Shown here: piece after piece, positions 44,271-49,142 of the stretch
Layout of the letters: each line of letters opens with the position of its first letter
Numbering within the stretch: position 1 is the stretch's first letter
Source of the DNA: Polyangia bacterium
GTDB taxonomy: Bacteria > Myxococcota_A > Polyangia > Fen-1088
DNA: 49,142 nucleotides
Assembly: GCA_035696485.1 (NCBI GenBank)
Contig: DASRQT010000158.1
Span: forward strand, 1 to 49,142
Direction: 5' to 3'
Notes under the pieces: model-generated
Seen by the model: the letters and a program-made list of their open reading frames with translations, nothing else
What the model was told of the DNA's origin: nothing
Database searches by the model: none
Position numbers and translations under genes: made by a program

Positions 44271-46451
44271 TCAGGCTTTGGCCGCTTTCAGTTTGGCTTT
44301 TTCGATCTCCGAGAAACAGACCGTACGGTTGCGGCCGCCGTGTTTCGCCGCGTACAGGGACTGATCGGCCAGCGCGATGATCTCGTCCTTGGCGCGTGCG
44401 TCCTCGGGATAGCTGGCGACCCCCAAAGACAAGGTCGCGCCGAAGGTGCCGCCCTTGCCGGTCGGGAAGTTCTGCTGCGCGACCTCGATGCGGATGCGCT
44501 CGGCCAGCTGGCGCGCGCCCGCCTTGTCGGTGCTCTCCAGAACAATCGCGAACTCCTCGCCGCCATAGCGGGCGACGATGTCGATCTTCCGCGCGCGGGC
44601 GTTCAGGATGGCCGCCACCCGCCGCAGCACCTCGTCGCCGACCGGGTGGCCGTAGCTGTCGTTGACCTTCTTGAAGTGGTCGATGTCGGTCAAGATCAGC
44701 GACACCGGGAACGTGTGTCGATCGGCGCGGCCCAGCATGGTCGTGAACCGTTCCTGGAACGTCCGGTGATTGACCAGGCCGGTCAGGCCGTCGGTGGTCG
44801 CCTGCTCTTCCACCACCTGGTACATGTGCGCGTTCTGCAGTGAGATCGCGACCTGGTTGGCGATGACGCCCAGCATCTCGCGGCGGTCGGTCGGGAACGC
44901 GCCGGCGCGTCGCGCCGCCACCGTGAACGTGCCGACGACTTCGTCCTTCACCAGCAAAGGCAGCACCAGCAGCGATTCCAGGTCGCGGATGCGCATCGGA
45001 TGCGAGAACACCGGCACGTCGCGCTCGCGCCATTCGCCACCGGCCGGCAGCGCCAGCTTGTTCTTGACCACCATCGACACCATCGACGACGGATCGTTGT
45101 GCGTGGTGCCGTCCAGGTTCTCGGCCCACTGGCCGACCACGCGGCGGATGGTGTGCGTACCGCGACGGGTGTCGTAGGTGGCGATGGCGGCAAAGTCGAA
45201 CTCGCACACGCCGCGCGCGCCCGCGATGGCGGCGTCGTAGACCTCGGCCAGCGTCAGCGCGCGGTTCAGCTCGGCGGAGGCGCGATAAAACCGTTCGTGT
45301 TCGTGCTTGGACCGCTCCACCGCCTGGAAGACTCGTTCTGACTGCACCACCCGCACCACCTGCTGCGCGGCGCTGACCATTAGATCTGCGTCATTGCCGG
45401 TGAATCGCCGCGGCACCTTTCGATCGGCGACCAGCACCCCGCGCAGGGTCACCCCCTCCACCACCGGTACACCCAGGAACGCGGCCACCTCCGCGGGACC
45501 GTTGTAGTACGGCAGCAACGCCAGCTTGGGCGCGTCCAGCGCGAACGCGCGCGCGTCCTTGAGGATGGCGCCCAGCGCGCCGATGCGCGCCGAGATGGGC
45601 GCCTCGGCGACGTGCGACGACTCCGTGCACAGCTCCTTGACCTTCAGCTTCTGGCCGCTCTCGTCCAGCCACAGCAGCGCGCAGGTCTGTAGCTCCAGCG
45701 ATTTTTTCAGCAGCTCGAGGATGTAGAACAGCTGCTGGTGGATGGTCTCGATCGACCCCTGCGAGATCTTCTGTTCTTCCTCGGCGCGCGTGCGGACGCG
45801 ACTGTCGGCCGAAAGCGCGGTCGAGATCAGCCGGAAGTCGCGCGCCTCCTGGCGCATGGACGCGATCTCGTCGGCCAGGTGGCGCCGCCGTTCGCGCCGC
45901 TGCCGCGCCACCTCGGCGTGCAGGAACACCACGTTCAGCAGCGCGAACACGCCGATGAAGCCGGCGTGGCTGGGGAACGCCGACGCGTATTCGGCGGGCA
46001 TCGCCGGGCTGAAGGACAAGATCGCCTCGAACCCGACCGCCGCCGCGGCCAGCGGCAGCCCGACCGCCAGGCGATGAAACGTGACCAGGAAGCTGACCAC
46101 CGCGTACACCAGCGGATAGACCGGCGAGGTCGCCCCGCCCGAGACCGCCAGCAGGATGTAGACGACCGTCAGTAGCAGGACGCCCAGCTCAACGTCCGAC
46201 ATGGCTTCGCGGCGGGGCGTGCGCCGGCGTTCGCTGGTGCGCACGCGCGCGGCGATCTTCATGGCCAGGATCAGCGTCAGGACGCCAGCGGCGATGGCGG
46301 GGCTGAAGTCGGCCCCGGGCTGACGAAGGTCGCGGAACCAACCCTTCCACATGAGAAACAGCAGCGTCCCAGCGACGGCAAAACCCAGCGTGGCGCGCAC
46401 CGCACGCCCCAGCTCGAACGCGATCCGCTGCCGGTGCTTCGCCACCCTCAT
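44271..46451 (-). CDS. multi-TM sensor with tandem GAF-like domains and GGDEF diguanylate cyclase
   Basis: The N-terminus has about six TM helices. The C-terminus has DIDHFKKVNDSYGHPVGD and YGGEEF. The ATG overlaps the ftsB stop (ATGA at 46448..46451). Confidence 0.9.
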   Translation of the reverse strand: MRVAKHRQRIAFELGRAVRATLGFAVAGTLLFLMWKGWFRDLRQPGADFSPAIAAGVLTLILAMKIAARVRTSERRRTPRREAMSDVELGVLLLTVVYILLAVSGGATSPVYPLVYAVVSFLVTFHRLAVGLPLAAAAVGFEAILSFSPAMPAEYASAFPSHAGFIGVFALLNVVFLHAEVARQRRERRRHLADEIASMRQEARDFRLISTALSADSRVRTRAEEEQKISQGSIETIHQQLFYILELLKKSLELQTCALLWLDESGQKLKVKELCTESSHVAEAPISARIGALGAILKDARAFALDAPKLALLPYYNGPAEVAAFLGVPVVEGVTLRGVLVADRKVPRRFTGNDADLMVSAAQQVVRVVQSERVFQAVERSKHEHERFYRASAELNRALTLAEVYDAAIAGARGVCEFDFAAIATYDTRRGTHTIRRVVGQWAENLDGTTHNDPSSMVSMVVKNKLALPAGGEWRERDVPVFSHPMRIRDLESLLVLPLLVKDEVVGTFTVAARRAGAFPTDRREMLGVIANQVAISLQNAHMYQVVEEQATTDGLTGLVNHRTFQERFTTMLGRADRHTFPVSLILTDIDHFKKVNDSYGHPVGDEVLRRVAAILNARARKIDIVARYGGEEFAIVLESTDKAGARQLAERIRIEVAQQNFPTGKGGTFGATLSLGVASYPEDARAKDEIIALADQSLYAAKHGGRNRTVCFSEIEKAKLKAAKA

Positions 46452-46807
46452 GGCGAGCGTTTTCGTGCTGGCGCCGACGGAAAAACGGATGGAGGTTTCG
46501 TGGCCACGGGCGACCGCGAAAGATCGACGATGATTTCGCCGGGCCTGACCCAGCCGAGCTCGGCGCGCGCGACGCGTTCGACGGCGCCCAGGTCCGAGCG
46601 CAAGGCGTCCGCTTCGCGCACCAGCCGTTCATTCTGGGCCTGCAGGGTGGCGTTCTGCGCGCGCATCGCCCGCAAATCGCCCCGCAGCATCAACGTCCGC
46701 GCCAACCCGGAACGCGAATAGACGTGATACGGGATGTAACCCAGCGCGAAGGTGACGGCCGCCGCCGCGAGGATCCGGCCCACCCATGTCTTGGTTTCCC
46801 GGCGCAT
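46448..46807 (-). CDS. ftsB: septum formation initiator FtsB/DivIC family
   Basis: It has a single TM segment followed by a coiled coil (LRAMRAQNATLQAQNERLVREADALRSDLGAVERVARAELGWVRPGEIIV). The start is taken at the ATG at 46807. The track extends it to 46852. Confidence 0.8.
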   Translation of the reverse strand: MRRETKTWVGRILAAAAVTFALGYIPYHVYSRSGLARTLMLRGDLRAMRAQNATLQAQNERLVREADALRSDLGAVERVARAELGWVRPGEIIVDLSRSPVATKPPSVFPSAPARKRSP

Positions 46808-46938
46808 GCGCACTCGCCCCAGCAGTATCGGGGCGGACGGGGGTGGGGGCAATTTTGTCGCCTGTTCCCGGCCGGCACTGGCTGCCGGCCGAGAAACGGC
46901 TGAAAGACTGCGAACTTAGCTGCTTTTCCGCGGTCTAA

Positions 46939-47247
46939 CTAACGGCGCGACTTGTCGCTCCCGCCCTGCGCCGACTTGCCGCCTCGCCGCGGCTGCGATT
47001 CGACGTCCTTGCGGCCGCCGGCCAGAAGGCTGTCATCTTCCTGTTCGACATCCTCCAGGTCCCTGTCGATGTAGGCGTCACCGCGACCCGCGCCGAAGCT
47101 GCCGCTGTCGCCTGAGCTCGGGGAGCCGCCACCGACCGCATCCTTCTGCGTCCGCCGGGTCTCAAAGTCCTGTTCGATGTCGTCCTCCGCACGCTGCCCC
47201 TGGAAGTTGTCCGCAGACGGACGGCGGCCTCGCGATTGTTTGTTCAT
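46939..47247 (-). CDS. hypothetical highly charged, probably disordered protein (102 aa)
   Basis: A strong Shine-Dalgarno sequence (AAGGAGAAGG) lies 3 nt before the ATG. The product is Asp/Glu/Arg/Gly/Ser-rich with no hydrophobic core. Confidence 0.6.
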   Translation of the reverse strand: MNKQSRGRRPSADNFQGQRAEDDIEQDFETRRTQKDAVGGGSPSSGDSGSFGAGRGDAYIDRDLEDVEQEDDSLLAGGRKDVESQPRRGGKSAQGGSDKSRR

Positions 47248-47373
47248 GGTCCTTCTCCTTGTTCAGGTCGTTGACCCGACCGACCGGCCCCGTTTCCCCG
47301 CGACCACCGTTTCGAAGCCCTTCCGGTCGGCCTTTAACTGAACGTAGTGACGAGCCTGGAGGTCACAATGACC

Positions 47374-47835
47374 CTAGGCGGACATCGCCGTTTCCCAGGG
47401 CGCATCAATGTCCTCTGGCACTTGCACGCCCGCGCGCGGCTCAGCCTGGAACAGCTCACCGCGGACCAACGCCTTCATGACGTCCATCGGCGTGACGATG
47501 CCGACGACCTCATCCGCTGCGTTGGTCACGACGATCTGCTGAAGCTCTTCGCGCATCATCAGTCGCACCGCTTCCATCGCCGGCTGATCGTCCTGTACGA
47601 TCAGCAAACGCGGCGACATGACGTCTGCCGTCAGTCCGGCGCGGTCCAGCCAGGCGCCGTGATCGGGGTCGATCAGATCGGCTCGAGACAAGGTCCCCAC
47701 CAACCGTCCCTTCGCGTCGCGCACGGGCGCGCCACTGATGCTTCGCTCGGCCAGCGCCCAGGCGGCATCCTCCACCGGAGTCTGGGCCGACAGCGTAAAC
47801 ACCTCTTCGGTCATGATGTCGCGAATGGTCAGCAT
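47374..47835 (-). CDS. CBS-pair domain protein
   Basis: AGGAG lies 8 nt upstream of the ATG at 47835. The product begins MLTIRDIMTEEVFTLS...ISGAPVRDAKGRLVGTLS, and a second CBS repeat reads QIVVTNAADEVVGIVT. Confidence 0.85.
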   Translation of the reverse strand: MLTIRDIMTEEVFTLSAQTPVEDAAWALAERSISGAPVRDAKGRLVGTLSRADLIDPDHGAWLDRAGLTADVMSPRLLIVQDDQPAMEAVRLMMREELQQIVVTNAADEVVGIVTPMDVMKALVRGELFQAEPRAGVQVPEDIDAPWETAMSA

Positions 47836-47860
47836 GTTGTCCTCTCCTGAGAGGGAGAAC

Positions 47861-47876
47861 ATCAAAGGGTGTGCCA
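47861..47876 (-). promoter_or_regulatory. candidate sigma-54 (-24/-12) promoter, TGGCACACCCTTTGAT (minus strand)
   Basis: It has the same TGGCAC-N5-TTGAT architecture as the site at 14468. The -12 element lies about 27 nt upstream of the CBS ATG, so the predicted transcript start falls just before the Shine-Dalgarno sequence. Confidence 0.4.
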
Positions 47877-48042
47877 ACGCCGACGCCCGCCGGAATCCCT
47901 GCCTTTGTGCGCGAATGTCGGCGCCTCACGGCCCACCGCGTAACCACGCCTTCGATGGAGTTACGGCTGAGTAACCCGCACATAGAAAAAGGGCGAAGGC
48001 AGATCGAACCCCTCGGCCGATCAACCAACGCCCGATCTACCT

Positions 48043-48111
48043 CCGGACCCTGAAAGGGTCCCGCCCCCTCGCGATGAGCTCGGGCCGGCAAAGCCGTCCC
48101 TCCCTCACGCG
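48043..48111. repeat. copy B of the ~70-bp double-hairpin intergenic element
   Basis: The sequence is CCGGACCC-TGAAA-GGGTCCCG, a linker, then CGCG(A)TGAG-CTC-GGGCCGGC-AAA-GCCGTCCC-TCC-CTCACGCG. It ends 2 nt from the stop codon of the YtxH-like gene. Confidence 0.75.
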
Positions 48112-48113
48112 AT

Positions 48114-48407
48114 CTAGTACGACTTGTTGCCGACGCCGCCCGAGATCGGAGTCTGCTTCTGGCTCAAGCCGCTGATGGCCTCGTCCAGATCCTCGGGAGC
48201 GCGTCGCAAACGGTCCCGAATATCCTCGCGCAGCTCGCGGCCCGGCTTGGGCGCCAACATCAAGGCAATGCCAGCGCCGACCAGAAGGCCAACGCCGAAG
48301 GTCCCCAGCGACCCGGCCAGCCAGGCGCCCGTTGATGTCTTGGTCTCGAGACCCAACATCCCCAGAATTTCGTCCTTATCGAGATTTCGCAGATCTTTAA
48401 GGTTCAT
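48114..48407 (-). CDS. YtxH-domain (general stress) membrane-anchored protein
   Basis: The TM segment and YtxH-like motif read GLLVGAGIALMLAPKPGRELREDIRDRL. Confidence 0.75.
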   Translation of the reverse strand: MNLKDLRNLDKDEILGMLGLETKTSTGAWLAGSLGTFGVGLLVGAGIALMLAPKPGRELREDIRDRLRRAPEDLDEAISGLSQKQTPISGGVGNKSY

Positions 48408-48409
48408 CG

Positions 48410-48832
48410 CTATCTCCCCTTGTTCGTGTTCGCTTGCCTTGATTTGCGGCTCTTCGAGCCAGATTCGTCGCCCCCCTCGGCGGCTGCGGAGACCAGCGTC
48501 ATCAGCTCCTCCTTGATGAAGGGCAAAGCCGCCAGCCGGACTCCCAGACGCAGGCCGACGCCGAGGATGCGCGCCGTCAGTCGCGAGAACAGTCCGCCGC
48601 CCAGCACGTAGCCGATGCCGACCGCCGCCGCGACCGTGCCGTAAGGATGACGCTTCACGCGCCGATCGATATCCAACGTGTCCTTGATGTCGGAGAAGGC
48701 GTCGCGCGTGCGCGTCCAGGCTTGCTGGGCGGTGTCGTTGATGTGATCGACCCTCTGGCCGAACGTGCGCATCCCGCCATCTTCCATCCGCTGGCTATTG
48801 GCCGGCGACGTCTCTTGAGATTCAGTTGCCAT
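48410..48832 (-). CDS. hypothetical membrane protein (hydrophilic N-terminus, two hydrophobic segments)
   Basis: The segment RVKRHPYGTVAAAVGIGYVLGGGLFS resembles the DUF883/YqjD anchor region. The gene sits 2 nt from the next gene. Confidence 0.6.
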   Translation of the reverse strand: MATESQETSPANSQRMEDGGMRTFGQRVDHINDTAQQAWTRTRDAFSDIKDTLDIDRRVKRHPYGTVAAAVGIGYVLGGGLFSRLTARILGVGLRLGVRLAALPFIKEELMTLVSAAAEGGDESGSKSRKSRQANTNKGR

Positions 48833-48842
48833 GGTGGTCCTT

Positions 48843-49037
48843 TCACCGGCTGGCGAGGCGTCCGATCAGATAACCGGCCGCGATGGCGCCAATCAGGCAC
48901 TTTCCTGGGTTTTCTTTGATGTAGCTCACCGCCGTGTCGTTGATCTCCGACAGTCGCTGTTTTGCCTGGTCGATCTGCGGACGCACGCGTTCCTCGATTT
49001 CACGTGCGGTCTCTTCGAACTGACTGGTAATTTCCAT
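48843..49037 (-). CDS. DUF883 (ElaB/YqjD-like) small membrane-anchored stress protein
   Basis: The helical N-terminus is followed by the C-terminal IKENPGKCLIGAIAAGYLIGRLASR, a typical DUF883 anchor. Confidence 0.7.
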   Translation of the reverse strand: MEITSQFEETAREIEERVRPQIDQAKQRLSEINDTAVSYIKENPGKCLIGAIAAGYLIGRLASR

Positions 49038-49081
49038 GAGCGTTCCTCCTAGTTAGTGAAAATCACAAAACCCTCGGGTCA

Positions 49082-49142
49082 TCATCGTCTCTGCCCCCAG
49101 ATGAAACCGACGGCGAAGGCGGCCGCCAGAAACGTTCCCGGG
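49082..49142 (-). CDS. 3' end of a gene cut by the window edge (C-terminal anchor ...PGTFLAAAFAVGFIWGQRR*)
   Basis: My own translation of the minus strand ends at the TGA at 49084..49082. The tail is DUF883-like. Only 19 codons are visible. Confidence 0.35.
   Translation of the reverse strand, partial: PGTFLAAAFAVGFIWGQRR

Overview
This is a GC-rich chromosomal segment (about two-thirds G+C by eye, not computed). I count about 48 protein-coding genes. I found no rRNA, tRNA, CRISPR array, transposase or integrase.

The gene content suggests a myxobacterium-like (Myxococcota) genome. It includes a MYXO-CTERM-like sorting tail, a PEGA-domain Ser/Thr kinase, three vWA-domain lipoproteins or secreted proteins, many c-di-GMP and response-regulator genes, and sigma-54-type promoter matches.

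Housekeeping anchors are dnaK, lgt, rplM-rpsI, ftsB, an lhr-type helicase and a UbiB/ABC1 kinase.

Because of the high GC content, the ORF track holds many long antisense shadow ORFs, which I rejected. It also over-extends several N-termini; GTG and TTG starts are shown as M. It misses two genes that run off the window edges (1..860 and 49082..49142, both minus strand).

Leads that deserve a second look:
1. A roughly 70-nt double-hairpin element occurs twice (32775..32844 and 48043..48111), each time just 3' of a minus-strand stress gene.
2. A perfect CTGAAC-N4-GTTCAG palindrome, an SOS/LexA-box candidate, lies between a stand-alone LigD polymerase-domain gene and a PA0069-type radical SAM gene.
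3. A strong intrinsic terminator and a 36-codon ORF sit in the leader of a MATE efflux gene.
4. An orphan DGQHR (DndB-like) gene.
5. A divergent protein that may have a RelA/SpoT-like nucleotidyltransferase fold.
6. A tightly packed histidine kinase / HDAC-like deacetylase / lipase-maturation-factor-like / MFS operon.
7. A TlyA-like methyltransferase fused to a THUMP (RlmL-like) methyltransferase.
8. Identical TGGCAC-N5-TTGAT motifs upstream of both CBS-domain genes.

All functional calls come from motif recognition by eye. No database search was run.
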